A DNA stretch of 64,000 nucleotides from an uncultured virus (IMG/VR IMGVR_UViG_3300025012_000008). Taxonomy: Duplodnaviria > Heunggongvirae > Uroviricota > Caudoviricetes. Every line of letters starts with the position of its first letter. The first letter of the stretch is position 1. Of this stretch, positions 55,252 to 64,000 are shown piece by piece. Position numbers and translations under genes: made by a program. Location: the IMG/VR virus record IMGVR_UViG_3300025012_000008. The stretch is one strand, 5' to 3'. The notes below the pieces were generated by a model. It had not been told where the DNA came from and ran no database searches. It saw only the letters and a program-made list of their open reading frames with translations.

Positions 55252-55466
55252 CAGTTGCAAGGGTCACTCAACAGTATATTGAAGTTGGTATAGAACCTAC
55301 AACTCGTAATGCACGGGTTACTCAGCAATATATTGAAGTAGGTATAGAACCTACTACGAGAAATGCTAGGATAACTCAGCAATATATTGAAGTCGGTATG
55401 GTAGATATACCTCCTGAACCTCCTGCATTTACAGGGGCTCAGCCTGTAGTTTTTATTTGTATGTAA
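55248..55466 (+). CDS. small tail-associated repeat protein
   Basis: Two full and one partial 18-aa repeats ARVTQQYIEVGIEPTTRN. Confidence 0.7.
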   Translation: MTVARVTQQYIEVGIEPTTRNARVTQQYIEVGIEPTTRNARITQQYIEVGMVDIPPEPPAFTGAQPVVFICM

Positions 55467-55517
55467 AAAGAGTTAATTCAAATATCAAATTTGAATATAA
55501 TAGTAGATAGGAGCAAT

Positions 55518-55874
55518 ATGAAAATTTCGAGAGAAGAAATCTCCCAAATATATCAAAAGGCAATAAATTGTCCTTTTGTTAAAATTCGTCTTCCAGACAG
55601 ATCATATATTCTTCCTACTGTTAGAGAAGTGCGAGATTGGATGGAAGAATTTGCTGTTGAACCATACAAAGAAGAAATAAATGATTGTGACAACAGGGCT
55701 GTAAAACTTCTTGCTCACTTTTCTGGAAAAGGATATGCTTTTGCATGGGCTTCAATTGGACATCATGACATTTGTACTTTCCTTTCAGATCAAAAACAAA
55801 TTTGGTATGTCGAACCGTCAAATTGTTTGATTTATCCACCCGATGTCGATTTGACTTGGATGGTAATGCCATAA
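55518..55874 (+). CDS. papain/transglutaminase-like small protein (agglutinin C-terminal-like); start re-called at ATG 55518
   Basis: DCDNRA, GHHDICTF and YVEP give a candidate Cys-His-Glu triad; AGGAG RBS. Confidence 0.5.
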   Translation: MKISREEISQIYQKAINCPFVKIRLPDRSYILPTVREVRDWMEEFAVEPYKEEINDCDNRAVKLLAHFSGKGYAFAWASIGHHDICTFLSDQKQIWYVEPSNCLIYPPDVDLTWMVMP

Positions 55875-55901
55875 GGCAAAATAACCAGATGGAGGAAACA
55901 A

Positions 55902-56546
55902 ATGAACAGTTTTAATTATGTGGATTGGCGGGCAGGACAGAGAAGGGGTAATCAAATTAAAAAAGAAAAGACGATTGAGAAAGTGATTATCACATTTATT
56001 TTGATTGGATTAACAGGATTGGTTTTGTTTACTTCCGGATGTGCTGTTCATCAACAAACAAATGAATTGATTGCACAGGCAAATGCAAACAGGCAGGAAG
56101 CATACGGAAATTCAATGGTTGCTTGCGGAGATAATGCAGCTTGCCAAGTTGGGGTATCAATGATGTTTGCTTCTGGGGCAGGTCAACAGCAATTCTTCCG
56201 TGAGGATTCCCCGCTTGATTATGTAAAAGTGAGTGGTTTTATTCTTGGTCCTATGGTTGATCTTTTCCGGTTGTATAAAACCACGACAAGTGGAGATCAT
56301 GCAGGATTTGTGATTACCGGCGACAACAATCAAATCTCAGGAACGGCCAATAAACTTTCTGCCAATAATCAAAGTACCTTGACTGGCACTTTTGATACCA
56401 ATTCGAGCATTGAACATCTTGTTTATACTCAGGATAGTACACAATCAAGTTCTAACGGGAACGGTTCTGTCGAAAATGTTGAAAATCAGCAGGATAGACT
56501 TCCCGAAGAAACTCAAACTACAGCTCCAGAAACAACTGAAGAGTAA
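55902..56546 (+). CDS. lipoprotein/membrane-anchored protein
   Basis: Hydrophobic stretch ending LFTSGC; GGAGG RBS. Confidence 0.65.
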   Translation: MNSFNYVDWRAGQRRGNQIKKEKTIEKVIITFILIGLTGLVLFTSGCAVHQQTNELIAQANANRQEAYGNSMVACGDNAACQVGVSMMFASGAGQQQFFREDSPLDYVKVSGFILGPMVDLFRLYKTTTSGDHAGFVITGDNNQISGTANKLSANNQSTLTGTFDTNSSIEHLVYTQDSTQSSSNGNGSVENVENQQDRLPEETQTTAPETTEE

Positions 56547-56587
56547 ATGAAGTTTCCTGTTAAAAAGCCAGTTATTATTTCTGTAAC

Positions 56588-56629
56588 AGTAAAGTTTTCC
56601 ACTATTTCACGGTGGTGGAAAACTTTACT
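56588..56629. promoter_or_regulatory. strong hairpin upstream of the endolysin
   Basis: Perfect 15-bp inverted repeat AGTAAAGTTTTCCAC-N12-GTGGAAAACTTTACT. Confidence 0.6.
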
Positions 56630-56662
56630 TCAGCGATTGAGATTAAAGTAAAGGAATGAATC

Positions 56663-57031
56663 GTGGATAATTTGAATCAATATTTTAAGAGGTCAGAATT
56701 TGAATGTAAATGTGCCCGTAAATGTGGATTTGATACAGTTGATAGCGAATTAATTGCTGTTTTAACTGATGTTCGGGTTCATTTTAATCTTCCTGTAATA
56801 ATCAATAGTGCATGTCGTTGTTTTCTTCATAATCAAGCGATTGGTGGTAGACCTCATTCATATCATTTATCCGGCAGAGCTGCTGATATTCGAATTCCTG
56901 GGATTCAGCCGGAAAACATTTACCAATATTTAGATAACAGATATCCAGGAATATTTGGAATTCTTTGTTATAAAACCTTTATCCATATTGATACCCGTTC
57001 AAAAGAATCGTTCAGGATGCAAATAAAATAG
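56663..57031 (+). CDS. peptidase M15A family endolysin
   Basis: FKRSEFECKC, INSACRC..HN..IGG...SYHLSGRAADI, FIHIDTR. Confidence 0.9.
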   Translation: MDNLNQYFKRSEFECKCARKCGFDTVDSELIAVLTDVRVHFNLPVIINSACRCFLHNQAIGGRPHSYHLSGRAADIRIPGIQPENIYQYLDNRYPGIFGILCYKTFIHIDTRSKESFRMQIK

Positions 57032-57039
57032 AGGTTACT

Positions 57040-57552
57040 ATGAAAGGATCAAGGACAAAAACATTAAGGCATATTGAAACGGTAAGGAATTTTATTGGTG
57101 GAATAATATGTGAATTGATCAACAGACAACAACAACACGATCAATCAAAGCTCGAAGATCCTGAAGTAGAAATGTTTGAAAAGTTTACCCCACTTCTTCG
57201 CAAATCGACTTTCGGTTCAGAAGAGTACAAGGGACATTTAATGTCGATGCAGGCTGCTGTAGATCACCACTATCGAAAGAATCGACATCATCCTGAGTTT
57301 CACCTCATGGGAGTAGAAAATGCTGATCCTGTGCGGAATTCGGTGTTTGAGAGAATGAACCTGATTGACTTAACAGAAATGGCTTGTGATTGGTATGCTG
57401 CATCCTTGAGGCATGATGACGGAGATTATCGAAGAAGTATTGAGATAAATCAAAAGAGATTCGGATTTTCCGATGAAGTAAAAGACATACTTTTAAACAC
57501 AATTGAATTCATAGAAGAGAAACAAATTTATCACAAAGCGGAGGAAAGTTGA
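57040..57552 (+). CDS. DUF5662-like HD-type metal-binding protein
   Basis: HDQSKL, HHYRKNRHHPEF, EMACDW. Confidence 0.75.
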   Translation: MKGSRTKTLRHIETVRNFIGGIICELINRQQQHDQSKLEDPEVEMFEKFTPLLRKSTFGSEEYKGHLMSMQAAVDHHYRKNRHHPEFHLMGVENADPVRNSVFERMNLIDLTEMACDWYAASLRHDDGDYRRSIEINQKRFGFSDEVKDILLNTIEFIEEKQIYHKAEES

Positions 57553-57836
57553 TGTTGAATAAAATGTTGGTTGCTTTTGGGTTAAAGTACATTGCTGCAA
57601 AAACCGATGGGTATAAATCGTATTCAGGGGCAGCAGGAAAGATTATTGGTGGAATTGTTTCTATTCTTTCCGGGATTGTTGGAGGAATTAGTTATATGTA
57701 TCCTGATTCTGGATTACCTGAGATGGAGATAGAAGCAATTACTACCCTAATTGGTGCTGGATTCTATGCTATTTCTTCAGGTATTCAAGGAATTGGAATT
57801 GCTCATAAACTCGTAAAAGTTGCTGAGGAGAAATAA
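57549..57836 (+). CDS. holin-like membrane protein
   Basis: DGYKSY followed by two hydrophobic helices; near the endolysin. Confidence 0.55.
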   Translation: MMLNKMLVAFGLKYIAAKTDGYKSYSGAAGKIIGGIVSILSGIVGGISYMYPDSGLPEMEIEAITTLIGAGFYAISSGIQGIGIAHKLVKVAEEK

Positions 57837-58190
57837 ATGACAGCCCAGAAAAGAGATTGTGAAGATTGCGATGAACACAAAGTTTTGATTGAAAGAATAA
57901 AAATTCTTGAGAAACTCCCTTCTGTTTTTTCTTGGATGAACATGACAAAAGGAGTTGGATTTTTGCTGATCGTTACTCTTACAATATTTTTTGGAATTTT
58001 GATGACAACCAGATCAGAATTGTTTGAAAAAAATAAGGATCAAGAAGTAAAGTTGGAAAAGCAAGTTGAAGTAATAAAAAGTACAGTAAATAAGATCGAA
58101 ACAAATGTGGCTGTAATGGTAAGGACTTATGAAATGAGTCAACAAACAACCCAAAAAGAACTGGAAGAGATTAGAAGAAAAATACAATGA
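57837..58190 (+). CDS. single-TM coiled-coil protein (lysis-associated?)
   Basis: GVGFLLIVTLTIFFGILM TM segment followed by heptads. Confidence 0.55.
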   Translation: MTAQKRDCEDCDEHKVLIERIKILEKLPSVFSWMNMTKGVGFLLIVTLTIFFGILMTTRSELFEKNKDQEVKLEKQVEVIKSTVNKIETNVAVMVRTYEMSQQTTQKELEEIRRKIQ

Positions 58191-58360
58191 AACTCTTACT
58201 TAGACAATGTTGTGTTTGTAAGAAATATGTAAATGAAAATGGGCAGCATCAGGCATTTCTCCCGACCTGCCCTTTCATTCCTATTTCACATGGATATTGT
58301 GATGAGTGCTTAGGGAAAGCATTAAAAGAAGTGCAATTAGCCAAAAAGAAAATATCATAA
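58187..58360 (+). CDS. small zinc-binding protein (57 aa; below the ORF-track cutoff)
   Basis: Manual translation MKLLLRQCCVCKKY...ISHGYCDECLGK; ATGA overlap. Confidence 0.6.
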   Translation: MKLLLRQCCVCKKYVNENGQHQAFLPTCPFIPISHGYCDECLGKALKEVQLAKKKIS

Positions 58361-58795
58361 ATTATTCCATAAAGTCATTTGACCGTTTTCTTCCATTAAT
58401 TTTTTATTATCTTGCAACTTTCTTATTTGAATTAATCTGTAATTTTGTGTTGGAGTAAGTTGTTGTAAATGAGAAGGATTTACACATAATGGATTTCTAC
58501 ATTTATGGTCAATATGCATTTGTTTTTCTATTGGACCATTAAATAAAGCATACGAAATTCTATGTGCCCATTTTGTCGATCCTCCTGGAGTTAGACAACA
58601 TGGATATCCATTATGTGTTCTTCCTAACCATTCCCAACAACCACAAATAGATATTTTAACAAATTTTAAAAATATTTTTTTATATTCATTGTTTAATTCT
58701 TTTGGAATAGAAAATGGATTTATAATCATTTTCCCAGAATAACCAAATTTTCCTGCTTTTTGTCCTTGTTTTGGTTTTATTATTATAGTTAACAT
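58355..58795 (-). CDS. HNH endonuclease
   Basis: CWEWLG..GYP, AHRISY, HIDHKCRNPLCVNPSHL. Confidence 0.9.
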   Translation of the reverse strand: MLTIIIKPKQGQKAGKFGYSGKMIINPFSIPKELNNEYKKIFLKFVKISICGCWEWLGRTHNGYPCCLTPGGSTKWAHRISYALFNGPIEKQMHIDHKCRNPLCVNPSHLQQLTPTQNYRLIQIRKLQDNKKLMEENGQMTLWNNL

Positions 58796-59205
58796 TAAAA
58801 TTCATTATTAAAAGGTTTTGGCAATTCTCCAAATTGATTAAAAAATAGCATTTCATTTTCTGTCAAATTTAAATCTTTTTTCATTGATTCAGCTATTTCT
58901 TTTAAACAATAGGCATATTTTGATTTAGATTCCTTACCGTTTTTTAATAGATTTAAAATTGATAATATCCTTTCTCTTTTAATTATTGTTCTTTTACATT
59001 TTCTATTTTGATTTTTTTTTCGTGGATACCTTTTACAAAGTTCAGAATACCATTGAGGATTGTTCGATTCAACTTGTCTAATTTTCAATCCATCTTTTTC
59101 TTTTTCTTCATTTTTATTTGGAACCAAGCATATTATGAGCCTATTGGAAACAAGGTCATAATACATAAATTCATATATTTCCAATAGGCTCATATTGTTT
59201 ACCAA
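58795..59205 (-). CDS. hypothetical protein
   Basis: 136 aa ORF in the operon; start uncertain. Confidence 0.55.
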   Translation of the reverse strand: MVNNMSLLEIYEFMYYDLVSNRLIICLVPNKNEEKEKDGLKIRQVESNNPQWYSELCKRYPRKKNQNRKCKRTIIKRERILSILNLLKNGKESKSKYAYCLKEIAESMKKDLNLTENEMLFFNQFGELPKPFNNEF

Positions 59206-59390
59206 AATCCGGAATCATCAGAAGTTTCAACAGTAGCATTAATGCATTCTGGGAGTTTTCTAACACTTGATTTCAATGGCAGTTCAAAAACAAAGCAATA
59301 ATTCCCTTCAACATACGAATCATCCTCTTTAAATCGACAGTCTTTGCAGTATTCTCCAGCCGGAATTCTTTCTACCTTAATGCAAATCAC
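59199..59390 (-). CDS. small Cys-rich hypothetical protein
   Basis: CKDC..YC..C; GGAGG RBS. Confidence 0.55.
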   Translation of the reverse strand: MICIKVERIPAGEYCKDCRFKEDDSYVEGNYCFVFELPLKSSVRKLPECINATVETSDDSGFW

Positions 59391-59580
59391 TTCTTCCTCC
59401 TAATTTCGATTTTTTAAGCAGTTCGATATAGACTACATCTAATAGTCTAATCGTCTCAGGGACAGCATTTTTGATTGCTAGTTTTCGACATTTGTTGCAG
59501 AGATCCCTCCTTTTATAGATTTCTGTATAGATCGACTTTCTTTCTCCGCAGTTTTCGCAATAGTCAAATTCTTGGGACAT
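59377..59580 (-). CDS. small zinc-finger protein
   Basis: CENC...CNKC. Confidence 0.55.
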   Translation of the reverse strand: MSQEFDYCENCGERKSIYTEIYKRRDLCNKCRKLAIKNAVPETIRLLDVVYIELLKKSKLGGRSDLH

Positions 59581-59594
59581 GACTTTTTCTTAAC

Positions 59595-59783
59595 TCAATT
59601 TTCCGGATTTACAAAAACAATTTCGCTGTTCAAACAACTTTCCAGTTTAGTTCCATCGTCAGGAAGTTTTCCTTTCATGATTGCACACCATTTCCAATCC
59701 TTGAATTTCCCAACTCCAGGTTCTTTGAAAAAACATTCTTTGCACTTTTGTCCATCAGGAACTTCGATTGAAATTATTGCCAT
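59595..59783 (-). CDS. small Cys-rich hypothetical protein
   Basis: CKEC..WC..C; similar layout to 59199-59390. Confidence 0.55.
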   Translation of the reverse strand: MAIISIEVPDGQKCKECFFKEPGVGKFKDWKWCAIMKGKLPDDGTKLESCLNSEIVFVNPEN

Positions 59784-59807
59784 TTCATTTTTCCTTCTTT
59801 GGTGGTT

Positions 59808-60062
59808 TTATTCAAACGTATGGATACACTCTAATTCAAAATCTGTTCTTTCTGTGATTATAGAAATCCATTTTTGAACTTCTTTTTCAGGAAAAACAAG
59901 AGCCTTATCTTTATCTTTTTTATTTACCCATGAGACAAAACATACACCACGAAGTTCAAATATATACCAATTTCCATCTTTTGTTCTTATCCATACACCC
60001 TTTTCTATGGTTTTCTTATTTTTTGGAGCTAGAGATGGTTTATTTAAATTGTTAATTAACAT
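59808..60062 (-). CDS. hypothetical protein
   Basis: 84 aa ORF in the operon. Confidence 0.5.
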   Translation of the reverse strand: MLINNLNKPSLAPKNKKTIEKGVWIRTKDGNWYIFELRGVCFVSWVNKKDKDKALVFPEKEVQKWISIITERTDFELECIHTFE

Positions 60063-60066
60063 ATAT

Positions 60067-60480
60067 TTATTTAAACCTCATTTGTTTGTCATCTCGATAA
60101 AAAGAATGATTTCCAATTTTACGAACGAATGTCATTGATTTTGTCCATGAGGGGAGAACGACATTTGGATTGAAATAGTGATCAGCTCCTTGTAAGCAAT
60201 GGCCTAACGACCTTTCCTGGATGCAGTTTGCTGCCGAGATAATACATTTTCGAAAAGATTCTGAATCAAGGATTTTTGATTGTTCAGGAAAAGAAGTTCC
60301 GATAGTCCATGAGAATTGTGAAGGGGCAAGGATGATTTCTTTTACGGTTTTGTTTCTGGTGATCACACGATTTAAAACAACATGACAAACAGCTATTTGT
60401 CCTTCTGTCAATTCTCCTCTTGCTTCATGATAAGTGTTAAGTCCTAACCAATACAAATCCTCAGCATATCTTTCCATCAA
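60067..60480 (-). CDS. SleB/Hydrolase_2 cell wall hydrolase
   Basis: YHEARGE..EGQIAVCHVVLNRV, QFSW, GADHYF, KIGNHSFY. Confidence 0.92.
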   Translation of the reverse strand: MMERYAEDLYWLGLNTYHEARGELTEGQIAVCHVVLNRVITRNKTVKEIILAPSQFSWTIGTSFPEQSKILDSESFRKCIISAANCIQERSLGHCLQGADHYFNPNVVLPSWTKSMTFVRKIGNHSFYRDDKQMRFK

Positions 60481-60791
60481 AGTTCTCCTTTAATTAAATC
60501 AGGACATTCATAACAACGAAATGGAAAATTTTCTTTTACAACACAATTTTCCTGTCCTTTACAAGCGTATTCTATATCCGGTTTTGTTTCAAACCAATTT
60601 GCTTTCCGTCCACAATAGCAATCAAATGTACGCATTACTTCGCAGTCGGCGGCAACAGTTATTTCTCGCCCATCAACAAGATTGAATACTTTTCCCTTTA
60701 ATTGCTTCCAAGGAACATCACAATTTCCCCAGTCGTTTCTGTTTTTGCAATCTTTACAGAATAGTGGTTTTACTATTATTGGAATTCCCAT
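60477..60791 (-). CDS. Cys-rich hypothetical protein
   Basis: CKDC, CG..ANWFE. Confidence 0.55.
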   Translation of the reverse strand: MGIPIIVKPLFCKDCKNRNDWGNCDVPWKQLKGKVFNLVDGREITVAADCEVMRTFDCYCGRKANWFETKPDIEYACKGQENCVVKENFPFRCYECPDLIKGEL

Positions 60792-60793
60792 AA

Positions 60794-61021
60794 TTAATTA
60801 CCATACCAAGTTGTACAAATATGATTATGGATTATTCCACTTGTTAATTGTTTTCTTCTCCTGGCACATTCTCGTTTTCCTTGATGTGGACGTGAATTGC
60901 TTCTTTTATATAATTTACTGAAATTGAAATTCTTCTTTCTTGGTTCAAATAAATGAGAAATAAATTGAGCAAACAATTTTACGTTTGTTTGATAGCTAAA
61001 TATAGTAAATGTTTTATTCAT
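60794..61021 (-). CDS. hypothetical basic protein
   Basis: AAGGAG RBS; PHQGKRECARRRKQ. Confidence 0.55.
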   Translation of the reverse strand: MNKTFTIFSYQTNVKLFAQFISHLFEPRKKNFNFSKLYKRSNSRPHQGKRECARRRKQLTSGIIHNHICTTWYGN

Positions 61022-61049
61022 TGTTATTCTCCTTAAAAAGTTTCAGTTG

Positions 61050-61781
61050 TTATTTTCCGTGTTGAGATAAATATCGAATCTTATCCATAGTGACCATTTC
61101 ATTGATATTAATCTTGTCAACATTGAGCTGATTTACAAGATCAAAGTATTGCTCATAGATATGCAACCCATCGCTGTAAGCGAAGATTGATCCATCAACA
61201 ACGGGGAAATACCCGCAAATAGAATCAAGAACATAATCTTTTAATAACTGAAGACCACCTAAATTTTCGGGAAAACCAGAATAAAGATCCCATGACCGAA
61301 AATATAAGGTCATATTCAACTTTCCATTTACTACTTTGAAAGAAATTGAACGAAGGCAAGGAGGATCAGGCAAAAAAGTTGTTTCAGAATTTCCAATACA
61401 AATTGTTGCTTGATTTGTATTTCCTTTTGATACGATTAACAAATCTATTATTCTATCAATTTGTGTTGTAATAAATTCCCCATACGTATATTCTTCGTTC
61501 TCAGCTTTTTCTGATCCCATAATCTGATTCACAAAATAACTTTCAATTTTCTTTTCATCAGTAGGAGCAGGAATGCCTGCTGGAAGGATAGGGGCAAGTG
61601 GACGAGTTTCCGGATTGGTTATTGTGATGAAAACAGAATCAAGTTGTTTTCTGATCTGTCCTTCATAACTTCCTTTTTCAACAACAAAATCATATCCGTT
61701 TTTAATACACAACCACATTGCGTCTCGCCACACTTCATTGATGTCATATCCACGAACACAATTGAAATCAAAGTTTATCAT
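61050..61781 (-). CDS. thyA: thymidylate synthase (ThyA fold, divergent type); start re-called at ATG 61781
   Basis: YTYG, PPCL (catalytic Cys), FRSWDL, FPEN (Asn determinant for dUMP), GLHIY. Confidence 0.85.
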   Translation of the reverse strand: MINFDFNCVRGYDINEVWRDAMWLCIKNGYDFVVEKGSYEGQIRKQLDSVFITITNPETRPLAPILPAGIPAPTDEKKIESYFVNQIMGSEKAENEEYTYGEFITTQIDRIIDLLIVSKGNTNQATICIGNSETTFLPDPPCLRSISFKVVNGKLNMTLYFRSWDLYSGFPENLGGLQLLKDYVLDSICGYFPVVDGSIFAYSDGLHIYEQYFDLVNQLNVDKININEMVTMDKIRYLSQHGK

Positions 61782-61782
61782 T

Positions 61783-62142
61783 TTATTCCTCTTTAAATAG
61801 ATTTTCAAGAAATCGACGTAATGAACGATTTGCAACAATTTCCCTTACTTCTTCTGAATAATTAATATCAATTTCATCATTTCCTTCAATATCTTTATGG
61901 CATTTATCTAATGCTTCTTTTATTCTTCTAATTTTATCAGCATTAGAACTTGAATTACTTATATCATTAAGATGTCTTGAAGCTATTTTTAAAGATTCTA
62001 ACCTGCTTTTATTTTCAATATCTTTTATTTCTTGAGTTTTGTGAATATAATCATCACATGATTTATGAATATGAATGCTGCATGCTCCTTCATATTCAAC
62101 ATCATTATTCCAACATTTTTCATTATCACAATCTGGTTTCAT
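61783..62142 (-). CDS. hypothetical protein
   Basis: 119 aa ORF with RBS. Confidence 0.55.
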   Translation of the reverse strand: MKPDCDNEKCWNNDVEYEGACSIHIHKSCDDYIHKTQEIKDIENKSRLESLKIASRHLNDISNSSSNADKIRRIKEALDKCHKDIEGNDEIDINYSEEVREIVANRSLRRFLENLFKEE

Positions 62143-62148
62143 ACTTCC

Positions 62149-62367
62149 TCACTTTAAATGCAAAACTGAATTAACAATAAGATATTTTGCCGCTAGTTTT
62201 GCATTACTTTTTGATTGAGCAACAATATTATCTTTGAAATATCGTTGAAAACGAGAATCAGAATCTTCAGGGATTTTCATCGACAATACTTTTGCTATTT
62301 GAACAATAATTGATGCCATAGTTTCAACATCCATTATTTCAACCAGTTGCTTTACTTGTTTGTTCAT
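62149..62367 (-). CDS. hypothetical protein
   Basis: 72 aa ORF. Confidence 0.5.
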   Translation of the reverse strand: MNKQVKQLVEIMDVETMASIIVQIAKVLSMKIPEDSDSRFQRYFKDNIVAQSKSNAKLAAKYLIVNSVLHLK

Positions 62368-62495
62368 AAGAATTTCATGATTTGGGAATTTTCGACAGAT
62401 TCAAGAACTTTAGTCTGAAGGTACTTTGCCCCAATTGTCAGACATCCGAAAGTAAGAGACATTAAAATCAAGGCAGTCACTATGGTTTTCATATT

Positions 62496-62705
62496 TTACT
62501 CCTTGTAGTTTTTTTGTTCCCAACCTTCACAAATTCCGATTATCATGTTGGGTAAAAATTTTTCTGGATAATCACCGGCTGCAGGAACAGTTGGTTTGAG
62601 AGTTACAGACAGATTTAACGGTTCTGAACACCGTACATAATTACTGTCTAAAATTAGATGATGTTTACAATATAGACATTTCCCCTCCCGTTTGAATTCT
62701 TCCAT
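62496..62705 (-). CDS. small Cys-containing hypothetical protein
   Basis: AAGGAG RBS; CLYCKH. Confidence 0.6.
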   Translation of the reverse strand: MEEFKREGKCLYCKHHLILDSNYVRCSEPLNLSVTLKPTVPAAGDYPEKFLPNMIIGICEGWEQKNYKE

Positions 62706-62758
62706 GACAGTTCTCCTTTTTTGAGAATTTTGGAAGCGAATTGAGGTTCTCTCTTTAT

Positions 62759-62786
62759 ATTATAAGCCTTTTTACTGAAAAGTTAA
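62759..62786 (-). promoter_or_regulatory. sigma70-type promoter
   Basis: TTAACT-N16-TATAAT with AAAAGGCT-TATA context like the 24126-24154 promoter. Confidence 0.55.
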
Positions 62787-63179
62787 GATTTTATTTTTTT
62801 GTTTGAGGACTTCTTCATCCAGCGGTCCAACCAACCTGAGATGCCAATCGTCAACAATTCCAGATTCATAGTCGATGGAATCGGTAATACAATCAATGGT
62901 ATAGAGTTTTCCATGAACTGCTTTTTCGATATTTTCAATAGGATAGTCGTTTCCAATTTCAGAAAAGTCTTCGTATTCCCAGTTACATTGAGCACATCCA
63001 GGACAGGATAATCTTTTTAATCGTTGTAATCTTGTTTTGAATCCAAAACCTCTTTTGATTTTGAAGTGCTGAACTTCCGCTCGGAAGATCGATCCTTGAC
63101 AAGTACTTATTTTAGGTGAATGATCAAATTCAAAAAGATTACCAAATAAAGGATTTTCTAATAAATTTGTAGGAACCAT
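62772..63179 (-). CDS. hypothetical protein
   Basis: AAGGAG RBS; SCPGCAQC, DYESGIVDDW. Confidence 0.6.
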   Translation of the reverse strand: MVPTNLLENPLFGNLFEFDHSPKISTCQGSIFRAEVQHFKIKRGFGFKTRLQRLKRLSCPGCAQCNWEYEDFSEIGNDYPIENIEKAVHGKLYTIDCITDSIDYESGIVDDWHLRLVGPLDEEVLKQKNKILTFQ

Positions 63180-63271
63180 TTCGTTCTCCTTTCAATATTG
63201 AGGCATACCAGTAAAATACCAGTATGCAAGCCAAGACAAAGAAGTTGTCCACAATATTATATAAACGTATT

Positions 63272-63607
63272 TCATTCTTTTCTCAATCGGTGATTTTTAG
63301 GAAGAAGAGAAATAAGAAATTCAATTTCTCTCTCCGTAGCATCCCAATAACTAGGTGAACGATAATTTGTATTTGACCATGTCCAAAAGGGAGTTCCGTC
63401 ACAACCACTCCCTGTTTTTTTTTCAACAGGACATCCTTCGCAATTTTCAGGAGAATTAGCACATAGATGACAAATAGGCAATAAGTTAATATTACATCCA
63501 GCAGCAATCAAATTCCACCGCTTTTCAATACAGCCTTCAAGGGCCTTTAACATTTCAGCTTTCATTGTTGATTCATCTCCTTTAAAGATACCAGTTCTTG
63601 ATACCAA
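63272..63607 (-). CDS. Cys-rich hypothetical protein (start may be internal at MKAEML)
   Basis: CHLC..CEGCPV..GC.GTPF. Confidence 0.55.
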   Translation of the reverse strand: MVSRTGIFKGDESTMKAEMLKALEGCIEKRWNLIAAGCNINLLPICHLCANSPENCEGCPVEKKTGSGCDGTPFWTWSNTNYRSPSYWDATEREIEFLISLLPKNHRLRKE

Positions 63608-63921
63608 TTTTCCAATACTTTAAACAATTCAGGATGACTTGAAAGTATTCTTCTTCTTTTTCTTAATGTTTCCCAAAGTAATACTTGAACTTCTTTCCAA
63701 GTTGCTGGAATTTTCTTTTCAAAATCTTCTGTTTTGTTGTTCTTGTTTCGTTCGTTGTATTCTCGTTCTGATGTTTTCCAGCCTTCGATCCAAATTTCTT
63801 TTTTCTTTGGATTGTTCTTTACCCAAAGTGGGATGCATGATTCCATTTTTCTACCTGGAAAGAAGTGATAATGACCGTTGTTGAAAATTTCTCTTTGATT
63901 CGACATAGGATTTATTTTCAT
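63562..63921 (-). CDS. hypothetical protein
   Basis: GGAGG RBS; 119 aa. Confidence 0.55.
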   Translation of the reverse strand: MKINPMSNQREIFNNGHYHFFPGRKMESCIPLWVKNNPKKKEIWIEGWKTSEREYNERNKNNKTEDFEKKIPATWKEVQVLLWETLRKRRRILSSHPELFKVLENWYQELVSLKEMNQQ

Positions 63922-64000
63922 TTTAACCTCCTCACTTTTGTTTTCCTTCCGGTCATTGAAAACTCATAAACACAATCACCAACCTCAAGTAGTTCTTCTC

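Noticed and set aside
61050..61781. dCMP hydroxymethylase feeding DNA glycosylation by the GT cassette
   Set aside because: The specificity residue is Asn (FPEN), indicating a dUMP substrate. The phage also encodes a C5 cytosine MTase, and the GTs sit in the virion operon. A dUMP hydroxymethylase role cannot be excluded without phylogeny.
1..64000. tRNA genes, integrase, reverse transcriptase/DGR, introns, inteins, stop-codon reassignment
   Set aside because: None recognised by eye. Core genes are uninterrupted in the standard code. A tRNAscan or Infernal run was not possible, and the genome extends beyond the window.

Overview
This window is most of an AT-rich, tailed dsDNA phage genome with a siphovirus-type tail. 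All genes read in the standard genetic code. No integrase, tRNA or CRISPR array is visible. Positions 1-24.1 kb (minus strand) hold early, replication and recombination genes. These include a near-complete bacterial-type replisome (initiator with internal iterons, DnaC-like loader, DnaB, primase, DnaE, beta-clamp, DnaX), a T4-like recombination set (RecA/UvsX, UvsY-like, gp32-like SSB, SbcC/gp46-like, RuvC-like), an SNF2 helicase, and adenine and cytosine methyltransferases. Positions 24.3-58.4 kb (plus strand) hold the packaging, head, tail and lysis operon. Positions 58.4-64 kb (minus strand) hold HNH, SleB-like hydrolase, thymidylate synthase and small ORFs. The most notable observations are: (1) an eight-gene glycosyltransferase/methyltransferase/sulfotransferase cassette between the capsid and head-tail genes, a candidate virion glycan-decoration system; (2) a complete type III hammerhead ribozyme in the leader of the first early transcript; (3) a recurrent K/R-R-T-K-aromatic peptide tag at the ends of many unrelated phage proteins; (4) a small beta-rich protein coupled to a Ser-Trp/Gly/Arg dipeptide-repeat peptide; (5) a duplicated structured intergenic element, a terminator/antiterminator switch after the capsid gene, and a palindromic divergent promoter. 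Family assignments come from motif recognition by eye, not from database searches.
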